Positions 25,821 through 39,640 are shown, counted from the first letter of the stretch. The stretch: 64,000 nucleotides of DNA from Octopus sinensis (GCF_006345805.1 NC_043007.1:33046001-33110000), one strand, 5' to 3'. Notes: generated by a model not told the origin, from the sequence alone. A program made the numbers and translations.

Positions 25821-26169
25821 ATAAGTACTTTGTGAAAGAGCCAGAAATGATTTTTTCATAGTTGACTAAAGGGAAAACTAATTTAACCTCAAAGCCGAAA
25901 GAAACAAGAAACTTACAAAAGTACAGTTCTGTTTGCCTGCAGTATTCAAAGTCTTAACATTAACGTCAATAAAAAAGAAATTAAATATGATTATTTTTGT
26001 GGAGGGAAATAACACACATTCAGACAAGCAGGGGGTATAACACAAGGGAATAAATATGTGAATATAAGCATACGATCTTGACATTAATTTCAATGAAAAT
26101 GAATTATAAATTATCGCTTGTACAAAAGGGAAATAATACACATCTAGAATAACAGAAAGCATAGCATTG

Positions 26170-26370
26170 GGGTATATGTCAATAATTGATCGGTAGCCAC
26201 TACACACATTTTTTTCTCGCCTTGTTTCTTTCTGTGTTCCTTTCTGTAGAAGAGCGTAGGCTCGAAACGTAAAAGACTTTTTCAATTCCTGAGCGTTATA
26301 CTAATACATCTGTTTGTTTTGTACACAACCTGTTTTCGTCTTTTGTCTTTTTTCGTGAATTCTCCCCATA
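26170..26370 (+). mobile_element. ~200-bp element with minimal A6U hammerhead-like motif (26240-26275)
   Basis: cttt-CTGTAGA-a-gagc-gtag-gctc-GAAAC-GTA-aaag; family copies at 45821 and 55730. Confidence 0.7.
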
Positions 26371-26371
26371 T

Positions 26372-26826
26372 AGGCGCAGGCATGGTTTCGTGGTAAGAGC
26401 TTGCTTCTCAACCACATGATTCCGGGGTTATTCCAGCTGCATGGCACCTAAGGCAAGTGTCTTCTACTATAGTCTCAGGCCAACCAAAGCCTCGTGCATG
26501 GATTTGGTAAACGGAAACTGAAAAGATCCCGTTATGTGTGTGAGTGTGTGTGTGTGTGTGTATGTGTGTGTCTGTGTCTGTGTATGTGTCTATCTGTGTA
26601 TATGTCTGTGTTTTTGTGCCTGTCTTTGTCTCCCACCACCGATTGACAACCGGTGTTGGTTTGTTACTCCCAGTAACTTAGCGATTCGGCAAACAGTCCG
26701 ATGGAATAGATAACAGGCTTTAAAAAAATAATAGATACCAGGATCGATTTGTTCGAGTGAAAATTCTCCAAGTCGGTGCCCCAGCATGGCTGCAATTTAA
26801 TGACTGTAACAATAAGAATAAAAGAA
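26372..26826 (+). mobile_element. SINE family A
   Basis: Near full length. Confidence 0.85.
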
Positions 26827-27069
26827 TATACTATCAACTGACAAACTAGAATTAAAGATTGTAGATTGATAAAAGAAAGGATAAAAATGACAAGAAGACT
26901 TTTCAGTGTTCTGCATTTTTATAATCTGCAAACAAAATTCAGTCTTTGAAACAGTATTGCTGATAAGAACTTCATTTGAAAATGCCATTCGCAAATAGAA
27001 GGTGTAGAGAAGAAAGAAAGGCATTATAAAGGCCAAATCTATTCCTAGAAGAAAATGGGATAGTGCACG

Positions 27070-27260
27070 AACAACCAATTTCTCTTCGCTGCTTTAATGT
27101 CCAAAATGTGGTGCCTTAAAACCAGTATGAGGATCCAAATATTGTATAGTATAGTCATAACTACGTTAAGTAAGGGAAAAAAGATGAATAGCTATCATGG
27201 ATCTTTGGCCATAGGTATGCTGGATCTAGGCTAGCCTGTGGCTAAGCAGCAACAGCAACA
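27070..27260 (+). mobile_element. Repeat fragment (likely LINE 3' end); second copy at 28130-28310
   Basis: ttctcttcgctgctttaatg...ataggtatgctggatctaggct present twice. Confidence 0.5.
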
Positions 27261-27364
27261 GAAGCAATAACCAGACTAAACATAATGAATGTGAACATAC
27301 GCCAGCTATCGTATGCATGAACTCAGGCATGGTCGTCAGGTTGAGAAGCTACTCTGAGTAATTA

Positions 27365-27918
27365 TTGGATTGTCCGGAAAGGTCATGCCGATTTATAGTA
27401 GCTTACCTTTCGACTTATTTTAGAACATGGTTGAGTGCATCAAATAGGATTTCACTACACCTCCATTTAGAGCACAGTTTAAGCTATCTTTTCGTGGAAG
27501 AAGGTTTATGTTCCTATGACCTGTGTTAATTCTATAACCCTTTAAAATGGAAGATAAAGTTCAATTTCGGCAATTGATGCTCTGGAAAAATTGCTGCAGC
27601 TCGGCTGGAATGTGTTACCCCACCCTCCATATTCACCAGATATTGCCCCTTCGGATTTCCACTTATTCAGGTCTCTGCAGAATAGTCTTAATGCTAAAAA
27701 TTTCAGTTCCTTGGATGATGTAAAAAGATACCTTGATGAATTCTTTGCCACGAAACCACCTCAATTCTGGGAAGGGGGTATTTTCAAGTTAAAGGAAAGA
27801 TGGAGACGCATTGTGCAACAAAATTATTCATATTTGGTTGATTAAAAATGTAATGGTAAGTATTTATTGACCTTTTTCTTTCCTTTAAAAATAGGCAGGA
27901 ACTTTCCGGACAACCCAA
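27365..27918 (+). mobile_element. Internally deleted mariner transposon
   Basis: TA TSDs; ~30-bp TIRs ttggattgtccggaaag / ctttccggacaacccaa; C-terminal transposase with HPPYSPDIAPSDFHLF (27591-27845). Confidence 0.93.
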
Positions 27919-28315
27919 TAGATCCCATAGCACATTCTGATTAAGCAAAATTTTGTGATTTGAATATATTTGATGGCAAATGTAAGGAAACGTGCAGCAA
28001 GTACACACGTATGCACACAGATAAACAGATTTATATAGTATAAATGCAATGAAGGATAAAAGTAACGATACAGGAAGAGAAAGGATTTTACAAATGAGAT
28101 ACTAGCATGAAAACCAGTAGTGCAAGAACATCCACTTTCTCTTCGCTGCTTTAATGTTCAAAATGTGGTGCATTAAACCCAACATGAGGATCCAAATATC
28201 GAATAATGTATTCATAGCTACACTAAGTCGGCGAAAAAGTTCAATGGTCATCATAGATCTTTGGTCATAGGTATGCTGGATCTAGGCTGACCTGAGGCTT
28301 GAGTAGAAAGACTAA

Positions 28316-29280
28316 ATGCCTTTTCGTTTTGGACGCTAGTCCTTCATCGGAAGAATGAAAGAGAGCATAGGGGGTGTGAGAAAGGGAATAGATGTTGAGG
28401 GGGAGACAAAGGATTAAAAAACAAGTGAAATTATTGTATAGGGAGATGTGTAAAGAAGGGAGAAAGAGAAGTGGGAGGGAAAATGCAAGCATAAGAATGT
28501 ATCCCTGTTTGATAGTGGGTACGAGAAACGAGTGTTGTGTGTTTTAATATGTACGTATGTATGTATGTGTGTATGTGTGCATGTATGTATGTATGTGTGT
28601 ATGTATGTATGTATGTATGTATGTGTGTGTGTATGTATGTATGTATGTATGTATGTATGTATGTATGTGTGTGTGTATGTATGTATGTATGTATGTATGT
28701 ATGTATGTATGTATGTATGTATGTATGTATGCAGAGGTATGCATGGCAAGTGTGGAAATGTGATATTGGTTAATAGTAGTGATGTCTGATTTTGTGTGTG
28801 TGTGTGTGTGTATGTATATCTGCATGTCCTCGTCAGGTGAATGGTGTGAAAGAAGTTATATGTGAAGGTGAGAGCAAGTGTGAGTGTGAGAAAATTAAGG
28901 TATTGGTGAAGCAAACGAGATGGCAGGGGCAATGGACTATTGTGTGCGCCTGTGTGTATGTGTGTGCTTATATGCCTATGTGTACGTGTGTATGTATGTG
29001 CACGTATGCATGAGTGTGTAGGTATGTGTGCGCGACTGTTACTGCTATTTCTACTCCTCTTCACTTAAAGTGTCTCTGCGCATTCTGGAAAATCTTGTAG
29101 ATTCTGTGCTTCTGGTTTAAGCGTCATCCATTCGTATTTTCCTCGTTTTCTCTGCAATAGTTTCAGACAAGAGATCGTAAGTTTCCGTCGTCTACTCATA
29201 CATAGACTTATCTTCATAAAAATGTTATTTTCAAAGACACTAAAACAATTATCCAGTGTGTGATTGCTTCCCCATGACAC
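28316..29280 (-). mobile_element. Possible decayed PLE 3' end with internal (TATG)n
   Basis: CCGATGA-a-ggac-tagc-gtcc-AAAAc decayed HHR at ~28320-28352; upstream TLKPEAQN weakly PLE-like. Confidence 0.3.
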
Positions 29281-29899
29281 TCATCTATGTATTAAAACGC
29301 TACTTACTAGAATGTCTTACAAATGTCATGTGTAACAAATTTAATTTTCATTGGTCATTAATATAAGTGATTTGTATACGTCTAAAGTTATCCCAATAGC
29401 TTGATTTACCTTCTTAAAAATGTCATTACATTAAGCTTCTAGCGAATAATCATCGCTGACCATAAACGTTCATATGTAACTCGTCTGATATGTTTAGTCG
29501 ATTAAATATTTATTCTTTTCGTTTATTCGGTATTCATAATTTTTTGGCTTTATTCGTGTTGAGCCGATTACTTTACCTATATCGACAAGCCCTTATATCA
29601 CAATATAACAAGATGTGTACTAAGTAGTGTTGAATGAAATATGACTGTGTACAATAATATTTAACATATTCGTGTACACTCGGGCATTGATGGAATGTCA
29701 ATAGGACGCAGAAATTGACTTGAGAGAAAAAATTGTACCGAATAAATAATATAGGTGAAAAGCACGTCACTGGGCCATAAATTACATCATCAGACTTCAG
29801 GACGCGTACATTTCTGTGACACATACTGATGAAGTGTAATGACGCAGAAATGCTTGTGTTCTACCGTCCGAGAACGTCATTCATGGTCCAGTGGTGTAT

Positions 29900-31200
29900 T
29901 ATTTTTGTTGTTTTGCACATATTGCCTACAAGACGATTTCTCTGTCCAGTGCACACGAACGTATTAAATATGATTGTACGCACCTATATCTCAATATTAG
30001 TTTACTTTTATGCTTCTTGAATAAACAACATCAACAATTCAAACTGGAAAATGCTTTCTATAAATCCATTCGCTTCTTTCTATTCCATTTCTGACTATTT
30101 TTGCCATGATGTAATTTTTTTAGAACAACAAACACGACAGAGCACATCCCTACAGTACCCTGCTCCCATCTTAAAATTTAACAGAGAGTAAACGATTATG
30201 GTTCCTCGAAATTTACTTCTTGCTTGTTTTTTAGTAATTACCATCAAACCACACTAATGCATACTAATGTTGTGCCTTCAAAACAGTACACATATATATG
30301 CAATCAGAGCTTACAAAATCTACAAAAGCCATTTTCGAAGTCTGTCTTAAGTGGATGTATGTTGTATAAAATGGCTGATCAAAAACATCTGATCATTACA
30401 ATCTTACACAGCTCGCATATCCACGTGCTACCTGTTTTTGATATTTTTCCTGGAATCCCAACTAATCCAAGGGCTTTTCGGTTTTACTTTTTAATTGCTC
30501 GATGGCATCTCCTTGACAGAAGTTTTATGTAGTCTCTTCAGCTCTTCATGCGTTTCAGGAATTAACAGATAATTTCTCCTATTAAATCCCTTGTTCATGA
30601 CTGCGTTAAAATGGCATTTTCTCTCTTTCTTGCACGATTATATTAGATCTTATTAGTTCCCCAGCAATGCTATACACAAGTTGTCTTTTTGATCTCATTG
30701 CTTTGCCTGTAATATTATGTATTATTTCAAAAGCTTTTATGATTCCTTTCCTGCTACATTTAGTAATTTCTCTACTTCATCAGTTTTCATTTCCAGAAGC
30801 CTTTTTAAAAATCTTTTCCTGCATCTTTTCACACTCTCTATTGAGACTCCAATATTAACTATTTCAAATATAATGTTCATCTTATACTCTCTTCAAGTTT
30901 CAGAATTCTCTCTCGTTCCTTTCGTTGCTCAATAACTTCCCATGTCTCATGCGAAATCCATTTTATCTTTCTTCAGCCCAGAACACCTTCGGTTACATAT
31001 TGATGTACTTCCTTTGCATTCTAACACGGGTCATTGATGTTCACGTCTTCAGCTATAGCTTCAGGCACAACATATTGATTTCGACACTCAATTACAAATT
31101 CACATTTACTTCTATCGTCTTTCAACTTTGGTAGTCCTTCCTTCTCTTTAGCCCTTACCATCAAATAGAATTGTCCCCATTACTAACTAATGTCACTCTT
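29900..31200 (-). mobile_element. Highly decayed LINE ORF2 (RTE-like) fragment
   Basis: Scattered motifs (VMG-like, FVIECRNQY); many stops. Confidence 0.3.
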
Positions 31201-31345
31201 GATATGACATACTGGTATGTTCTAACATCTAACAGCAAGCAGTTCCTTACATTGCCGATTTATCAAAATATGATTTAGTTGATTATATTTTCTTTTTTGT
31301 GGAAATGTTCGAGTATATATACATGAATATCATTGTGTTTAAAAA

Positions 31346-31773
31346 GAGTACTTCCACTGACGCTATTATTTCCATGTAACTAAACACTTTTAAACTTCGT
31401 ATACTGGTAGAATGTGTTTATAAAACATCTTTTTCTCTTGGCTTTATTGAGAAAATTCTATAGTTTGTAAGATATTTGTTGGGTTTTTTTTCTGCAATTT
31501 CTGCAATTTCTACCAAACAATGACGTCTATTGAGGTGAAAACATTCTGTGCCGTATGAATATGTCCCTCGTTTAAGAAACAGATTGGGTTTATTTACATT
31601 TGTGAAGAAAAAAAGATACCCTTCCCCCCACCCCTAACCCTAACTAACCCTAACTCTAACCCTAACCCTAAAGCAGATTGAAATGCAATAGATCGATACT
31701 AGGGTCATAATTATGGGTGACAATTTCATATGACACCGCTAGAAAAAACTGCTGTTCAAGCCGAAAAGATCCC
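31346..31773 (-). mobile_element. MITE-like repeat containing (TTAGGG)n
   Basis: Imperfect (TAACCC)n at 31632-31672; end ccgaaaagatccc. Confidence 0.5.
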
Positions 31774-31899
31774 ATCGGATTCTTAATTTACGAGATAACG
31801 TAATTACCTGAGAATAATCAAAATTCAAAACTGCATCGATACACCAAAATTGAAAACAAACTGTGCAAAAATAAAGGGGGCTGTGATTAAAACATAGAA

Positions 31900-33531
31900 G
31901 ATTCGAATTGAAGATTTCTTGCACCAAGGTTTTAATGCAGAACACACAGAAAACATGGTACTGCAGACATTAATTGTTTAGCAACTGGGCTGCCTGAACC
32001 TATTGGAGTACCTCAGCTTGATCATCGTGAAGACCTCGATCACCCATGCATTGCAACACTTACTAATGAACAAAGACAGTTTGCTAATGCTGTGCTTGAA
32101 TCTGTAGATAAAAAAGAGGAGAGGTGAGATGCCCAACCACTCCTGTTTCTATGCAGATGCACCAGGAGGTTACTCTTTACTTACTTGTTTCAGTCATGTG
32201 ACTGGAGCCATGCTTGAGCACCGCCCTTAGTCGAGCAAATCGACCCCAGGACTTATTCTTTGGAAGCCTAGTACTTATTCTATCGGTCTCTTTTGCTGAA
32301 CCGCTAAGTTACGGGGACGTAAACACACCACCATCGGTTGTCAAGCGATGTTGGGGGGACAAACACATACACACAAACATACACAGACACTCATACACAC
32401 ATACATGTATATGTTTACATATATACGACAGGCTTCTTTCAGTTTCCGTCTACCAAATCCACTCACAAGGCTTTGGTCGGCCCGAGGCTATAGAAGACAC
32501 TTGCCCAAGGTGCCACGCAGTGGGACTGAACCCGGAGCCATGTGGTTGGTAAGCAAGCTACTTACCACACAGCCACTCCTACGCCTGTGGTAAAACTTAT
32601 GTTTAATACCATAATTTGTTATCTGCGAAGGAACAACTGCAACATGTGCAGTGGTGCTTGGACAGGCATTGCCTTTACACTACTGTCAGGTGGAAAGACT
32701 ATCCATAGTTTGTTCAAGTTGCCTGTCCCACTCACGGATGCTAGTGTTTGTAATGTACCAGCCACTTCAGACCATGCAAATTATTTACGAAACCTGGATT
32801 TGATCATCTTGGATGAGGTTTTTATGATCCCTTCATTTGCACTTCATGCTTTTGATAGATCTTTGCAAGATATCACTAGCATTGCTGCTGTTTTTGGTGG
32901 TAAATTTATGCTCTTGGGAGGAGACTTTAAGCAAGTCCTACCCATATTGCTAAGAGGAGCTCGTGAGGCAATTATTGAAATCTGTATTAAAAATTCTCCT
33001 CCATGGCTGAATTTCATCCAATACAGATTAAGCCAGATCAACTGCAGATCAAAGGGAATTTTCAGCATGGCTCTTGTATCTTGGCAACGGAACATATGCA
33101 GCTCCACAAGATTCTAATCTTGCTGTTGATGACATAGAAGTGCCTCATATTTCACGCGTTGACGGCTCTCTGATGGATGATATCTTCAACAATACATCTG
33201 CGGAAGAAAGAAGAAGCAGTCATTTTTACGCCAAAGAACTAAGACTGCTTCCTGATCTATGAAGAAGTTTTGAGACAACTTCCAGGTGACTGCTGCACCT
33301 GTTATAGTACAGATAAAGTTTTGACCGATGATCTTGCTGAGGCTGAGCGCTATCCACTTGAATTTCTTGAACTCTTTGACACCATCAGGAATGGCGCCGC
33401 ATAAATTGAGTTTAAAACCCAGCTCAATAGTAATACTTCTTCGTAACATTTCTATCCAGAATGAACTTTTCAATGGTACAAGACTGGAAGTGGTGGCCAT
33501 GCATCAACATTCAATCGAGGCTTCCTTGATT
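31900..33531 (+). pseudogene. Helitron Rep/Helicase PIF1-like helicase fragment (frameshifted, SINE-interrupted)
   Basis: DAPGG|CGKT Walker A, AWTGIA, GKTIHSLFKLP, LIILDE, LLGGDFKQVLP, FLNSLTPSGMAPHKLSLK, NGTRL motifs. Confidence 0.9.
32171..32586 (-). mobile_element. SINE family A inserted in the helicase Walker A
   Basis: Full-length SINE between gga ggt and tgt ggt aaa act. Confidence 0.92.
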
Positions 33532-33554
33532 AGTTTATGTATACACACACACAT

Positions 33555-33820
33555 GGTCTCTATAGTCTCGGGGCAATCAAAACAACTGAAAGAAGCTTAT
33601 CGATTATGTGTGTGTGTGTGTTTGTCCCCCACCACTGCTTGACAACAATGTTGGTGCGTTTACGTACTTGTCATGTAGCGATTCGTCAAGAGAGGCCGAC
33701 AGGATAAGTACTAGGCTTTAAAAAGAAATTAAGATCTGGAGTCGATTCAGTCAACTAAAAATTATTCAAGGCTGTGTTCCAGCTTGGCCGCAGTCTAATG
33801 GCTGTAACATGTAAAAGACA
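33555..33820 (+). mobile_element. SINE family A, partial
   Basis: Tail similarity. Confidence 0.7.
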
Positions 33821-35369
33821 AAAAAAAATCATCGCAATAATGTATAGACATCATTTTAGCTAGGCATAACTGGAAATGTAATTTCGACCAAAATTTCCAT
33901 GTCCATTCGATGATGTTAGATGTGATACTGATTAAGCTGCTTTGAATGTATGTAGACTTAAGTCTCTCAAAAGCCATATATACTTTAATGAAGCAGTGAG
34001 AAATCTTTATTATAGGTCATTAGAGAAATGTCACTACTGGTAAATACGATCTGTAAAATTGTGTTCTGTCATTGCAATAAAACTTCTGCCATGAATTGTT
34101 GCTCAGGTTAATAATTTATTGCATAATACCAATGGCTTCGCCACTTAATTGCACTTAAGTAGAAATTATCATAAACGTTAAAGGTAGCTACAAACGGTGA
34201 AGTAATTCTGCTAGAGCACTCTTTTGTATTTTAACTTTTGATGAAACTCGTAATGGGCTTTATGCAGATTAGCTAACTTTAGTCAAATTTACATTACACA
34301 CATGGTAGTTGTGTTTCATTGGAAAATGGAAGATAAAATTTAGAAAAACTCTTTTGCTATGCTTGTTTCCAGCTTAAACTTAAGACAGGATTATACCACA
34401 AGATTTTGCATTTTTAATCCTACACTTTGAGACGTTAAATGGATATTATCCATTCTCAGCGAGAAATGGTAAACATGGCTTTGTCTGTACATACTTGTTG
34501 ATCTTGCGACGACTGATAGCAATTAAATTGCATAATATGCTTGGAGGATGAATAGAAATATGTTTATATATAATTAATTTTATAAGACATTTGTAAAAGG
34601 TTTAAGCTGCTTTGTATTTATATTCAATTGATGTCTGAAAATATTAACTATTATATGATGAGTTTTCTTCGAAATGCATTATTATATTTCTGTTAATATG
34701 TGTTCCTTAAATCTATTTAGTTCGTGTCCGCTCATATTTCTGGATATTTCTGGATCTGGATTCGTCATATTTCTCAAATTTCTGAATCTGTCGTCCCTAT
34801 AAATTCCACTTCTTATCTCGAGAAAAATGTTTCATACAAAAGGTCTACGATATGAATTTTCAAAAGCTTACACAACTGAGGTTCCCTACATGCATTTTTA
34901 ACCTGGTACAAAGATCTCCTTCACTCATTAAAAGAAAAATGAGAGAGATTTCCTTGTATGCATAATTATATTACAGACCGAGTTGCGAACCCGTAGCATA
35001 GTATTTGCAAAGTCCAAAACTTTGAGAAGTCGTGTTTTAGTGATCAAATAATGGACATCAGCAAAGCCAAGATAAAGAAAATCTGTTTATCGTGAAGTCC
35101 ACACCACCATTCTAATACTTGTATACTTGATCCATAAAAGCGGAGATATCGTATAATTTACTCTAAGAGTAATCACCTATATTATTTGCTTGTTAACTAT
35201 TTCCATTATCTTGCAGGATTAATTAACCTACATTTGGAATTAACCTACATTTGGGGTTATCAGTGAAAATTTACTTATTGTCCTTAAGCGTAATATATAT
35301 TGCTCTGGCTAAATGATAGCTATTCAAATCTTTCATCAAAATTGAGGTTTTGTGAAACAACGTGCTGAT

Positions 35370-35590
35370 AGAATCGTTACCGCGCGGGGCAAAATGCCAC
35401 TAATTCATAACGGCATTATGTCTGTACGTTCTGAGTTCAAGTCCCGCCAGGGTCGACTTTGCCTTTCATCTTTCCGGGGTCGATAAAATAACAGTTGAAA
35501 ACTGAGTATCAGTTGAATACTGGGGTCGACTTAATCGACTTAGCACCTCCTCCAAACTTAACTGATCGGATACCAAAATTTGAATTCGAT
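35370..35590 (+). mobile_element. SINE family B, diverged
   Basis: gttctgagttcaa..ggtcgactttgcctttcatc core. Confidence 0.75.
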
Positions 35591-35978
35591 ATTAAGGTTC
35601 GGTGTAATTTAGCATCGGCTAATTTAGACGCTAAGTAAATCACATCGGCTAATTAGACGCTAAATGCTCTGGCTATTTCTGTCTGCTAGTGATGTTGGAT
35701 AAATACCTGTTATAATTGCCTTGTGTGTGTGTGTTTATATAATTGCCTTGTGTGTCAGTTTATATAATGGAGAGCATACAGTATTAAAAACGGTGCTATT
35801 CCAAACATGTTAAATACCAAGACTGGGCAAAGAAATACATGTAGAAAAATAGTTTGGGAAACGAATACTGAAGCAAAATACGTACGTACATACATACATA
35901 CATACATACATACATGCATACATACATACAAACATACATACATACATATATACATACACATACAGACGCACACGAGCA

Positions 35979-36035
<57 letters not shown>

Positions 36036-36189
36036 ACACACACTGAAATATCCCTCCTCCTCAAAGAGCATACTTTACATACGGATTATTAATAGCAGAG
36101 TATGAAACAGCACAAGTTAGGTTTTTCACCCCCAAAATGTTGCTGCTTCACCAAGTATATAAGAAATATCTAAAAGATAAAAAACGGAA

Positions 36190-36540
36190 ATTTCATACAT
36201 TTGAGATCATTGGATTTTCTTCCGTTTGGAACACCTTGAAAACATACAGATAAGGTCGGATTTGGAGCACAAAACGCAATACAGAAGTTTCATCTTGACT
36301 GACGAAACACATAGTGTAAATAAATTGCGCGAAGACCGGTTAATACGGGATAATGTGTTTTGAAATTGGATGCATATATGAGATTTAAAAGATCCGGTTT
36401 GAATGGTTTTGTATGTTTTTTTTTAGATGGTATAAGTTCTATTGTACTTTCTGCTCTCAATCTGAATTTATCTGTATGTTTTCCATCTGAATGTGTTCGA
36501 TATGGAAGAAGAATTCAATGATCTCAAATGTATGATATCT
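36190..36540. mobile_element. Inverted-arm element with decayed HHR (+, ~36292-36384)
   Basis: Arms catacatttgagatcattg / caatgatctcaaatgtatg; CTGACGA 36299-36305, aacacat/atgtgtt, GAAA 36362-36365. Confidence 0.5.
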
Positions 36541-37087
36541 TCGTTGCTATTTTACTCTTTTGCTTGTTTCAGTCATTTGACTGTGGCCATGCTGGAGCAC
36601 CGCCTTTACCGAAATATTAAAGGTAAAACCATTTGATAAATTTCCTAACGACGATACCGGCCCAGCTAACCATTCAAAGACAGACTCAGGAAACTTAAAT
36701 CAAACTCGAATCAAAGACCAACTTCTTGCCATAAAGTAACAAAACTGATTTAAAATTTTTTAGGTGGTGACCCAGCACGGCCGTAGTCCTACGATTAAAC
36801 CCATTAAAAGAATGAAAGAAAACTATGTGTGTGCGTGTGTGTGTGTGCGTGTGTGCTTGTGTGTGTGTGTGTATGCTTGTGCTTGGTGTGTGTGTGTGTG
36901 TGCTTGTGCTTGTGTGTGGTGTGTGTGTGTGTGTGTGTGTGTGTTAAAGAAAATGAGACAACAAAGCCAAGGGTGTGTGAAATGTCTACGTCATTTATAA
37001 ATGTCTTTACCAACCATATATATATATATATATATGTATATATATGTGTGTATATATATATATGTATGTATGTATATATATATATAT

Positions 37088-37139
<52 letters not shown>

Positions 37140-37158
37140 GTATATGTATGTATGTATG

Positions 37159-37206
<48 letters not shown>

Positions 37207-37240
37207 TATATATATATATATATATTAACTAAGAGCACGG

Positions 37241-37273
37241 GCGTTTGAAAAGGTTAATCGAAAGCGCTATCGC
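37241..37273 (+). ncRNA. Minimal hammerhead-like motif, U3-A8 variant
   Basis: gcgt-TTGAAAA-ggttaatc-GAAA-gcgc-TA-tcgc next to (TA)n; stems very short. Confidence 0.4.
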
Positions 37274-37444
37274 ACTAGGAAAACAAGCTTGTTCCAATAA
37301 AGGTTAGTAACACCTTGATAAAAGATTATACAACTTTTATAAATGATTATTTTAAAAAAGTCCCCTTCATACTTAAAAAAACTATATTAATTTTCGTTAA
37401 AACTTCCATATATACATGTGTGTGCGTGTGTTTGTGTTTGTGTG

Positions 37445-37507
<63 letters not shown>

Positions 37508-37526
37508 TGTATATATATATATATAT

Positions 37527-37915
37527 AAATACAGTAGGGTATCAGAATACCACTTGCTAGAAAAAGGAGCTAACACCCCAAAACCACAAATTTCTCACTA
37601 TTAATAAATACGCACGGTGAATGCAACGGATATAATAGAATAGGCTTACCTTGTATAAACTGCAAAAGCAAGAAACAGATATCCTGGTATCAATTGATTT
37701 CACCTTTTCTACCTTTGTAATGAAGCATCGTCAGCCAGACTCACTGTATTCATCTATTTTTGAAAATATTCATCACATTACACCATGCGTATTCATTAAT
37801 AGTGAGAAATTTGTGGTTTTGAGTGTAGTTCCTCTTCCCAGCAAGTGATATTCTGATAGCCTACTCTATTTATTTGTATATTTTACCTATATAGGTTAAA
37901 CTTGCTGGCCATTTT
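37527..37915. mobile_element. Inverted-arm HHR element
   Basis: ~95-bp arms at 37527-37622 and ~37773-37871 enclosing the HHR. Confidence 0.78.
37684..37738 (-). ncRNA. Type I hammerhead ribozyme
   Basis: ctgg-CTGACGA-t-gctt..aggt-GAAA-tcaattga(palindrome)-TA-ccag. Confidence 0.75.
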
Positions 37916-37949
37916 ATTACAATTATAATTATAACTATTATTATTATTA

Positions 37950-37984
<35 letters not shown>

Positions 37985-38058
37985 TATTATTATTATTAAT
38001 GATGATAATAATAATAATAACAATGGTAACGACACTTTAATAATAATAATATATATAT

Positions 38059-38500
38059 AGGCGCAGGCGTGGCTGTGTGGTAAGTAGCTTTCTCACGAAC
38101 CACATGGTTCTAGATTCAGTCCCACTGCGTAGCACTTTGGGAAAGTGTCTTCTACTATAACCTCGGGATGACCAAAGTCTTGTGAGTGGATTTGGTAGAC
38201 GGAAACTGAAAGAAGCCCGTCGTATATATATATATATATATTATATATATAATATATATATATATATTATATATATATGTATGTGTGTGTATATGTTTGT
38301 GTATCTGTTTTCGCCCCCCGCCTCAACATCGCTTCACAACCGATGCTGGTGTGTTTACGTCCCAGTAACTTAGCAGTTCTGCAAAAGAGACCGATAGAAT
38401 AAGTACTAGGCTTACAAATAAGTCCTGAGGTCGATTAGCTCGACTAAAGGCGTGTCCCAGTATGGCCACAGTCAAATGACTGAAACAAATAGAAGAGAGT
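38059..38500 (+). mobile_element. SINE family A
   Basis: Full length. Confidence 0.9.
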
Positions 38501-38517
38501 AGAATATATATATATAC

Positions 38518-38590
<73 letters not shown>

Positions 38591-38849
38591 CACTGTAAAC
38601 CGGTACGTCCTAACAGAAAGTTACTCAGCAGTATAATCGTTCAACTGATTTATCTCCCCATCATGTGACGTTTTACTTTCTAGTGCATATCTCTAATAGA
38701 TCGAGTAGATAAGTACTAAAGGTTTCAAAATAATAGACAAAAATTCTTCGAGATGGTGCCTCAGCACCACCCTAATCCAAAGTTCGATGATATCAGTCTG
38801 AATTTGGAGATAATAAACTGGAGCCCTGCTGTCTACTGAAATATTCGAT

Positions 38850-39640
38850 GCTGGGATTCTGTTGGGAAATTAGAAAGAAATTTGATATACAGAAATGTAC
38901 CGAGAGCATCTTAGAGGGAAGAAAACTGATAATAAACAGTAATATCTAAAAAAAGAATATAATAACAGAACTAGACCAAAAATGTACTGGAATATGCTAT
39001 AGAAATAATGAACTAGATTGAGTGCAACACGTGCGCGAGCAGATATTAGAAGTAATATTACTGATGCACTAGAACAACACTTAAAACTGAATTATATGCT
39101 AAAAATAAGATAAAGTCTATCAATACCTTAGTGTTCCGATAATAAATGTTCCAATAATAGTTGTTCCAATAATAGGATGTTAATTAAATTAGATAAACTA
39201 GATGAGGAAACGATACGAAAATAACGACAACATCTATCTTCCGAAAAGCTGACAGATAACGATTATATTTGCTATATATATACCCTAGAAGTGTCCTTCT
39301 ACTCGTGCAGTTTGATAACCATTGTGAAATATCCACTGTAGGAGTACGAAAATATCTCGTAAAGAATAAAGAAGAAACGGATTGAAATATCTTGAAGCCA
39401 TGTATAAATCACGAAAAGACAGGAAAAAAATGTATAACTTAATAAAATTTACATCTTCAGGGAGACCTGCAGACATAAATCATGAATTTGATGTAACGGA
39501 CGGATGTGAGAGGCTGGATAAATAATAAGAGAGTAGATTCAAAAGCGAAAACCTAACTTTCAAACGGGACTGCAACACGCAACGCTAAATCCTTGCTAAC
39601 GAAAACCCCTGCGTGCTTTGGGAACATTCATTAAAAGATG
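38850..39640 (+). mobile_element. Decayed R4/Dong-like LINE RT-region fragment
   Basis: LKTELYAKNKIKSINTL and KAD..RLY-like motifs. Confidence 0.55.

Noticed and set aside
27591-27845. SETMAR-like host gene
   Set aside because: Lies between mariner TIRs with TA TSDs; no SET domain.
32542-33642. Host PIF1 gene
   Set aside because: Intronless, frameshifted and SINE-disrupted, with Helitron-type motifs.
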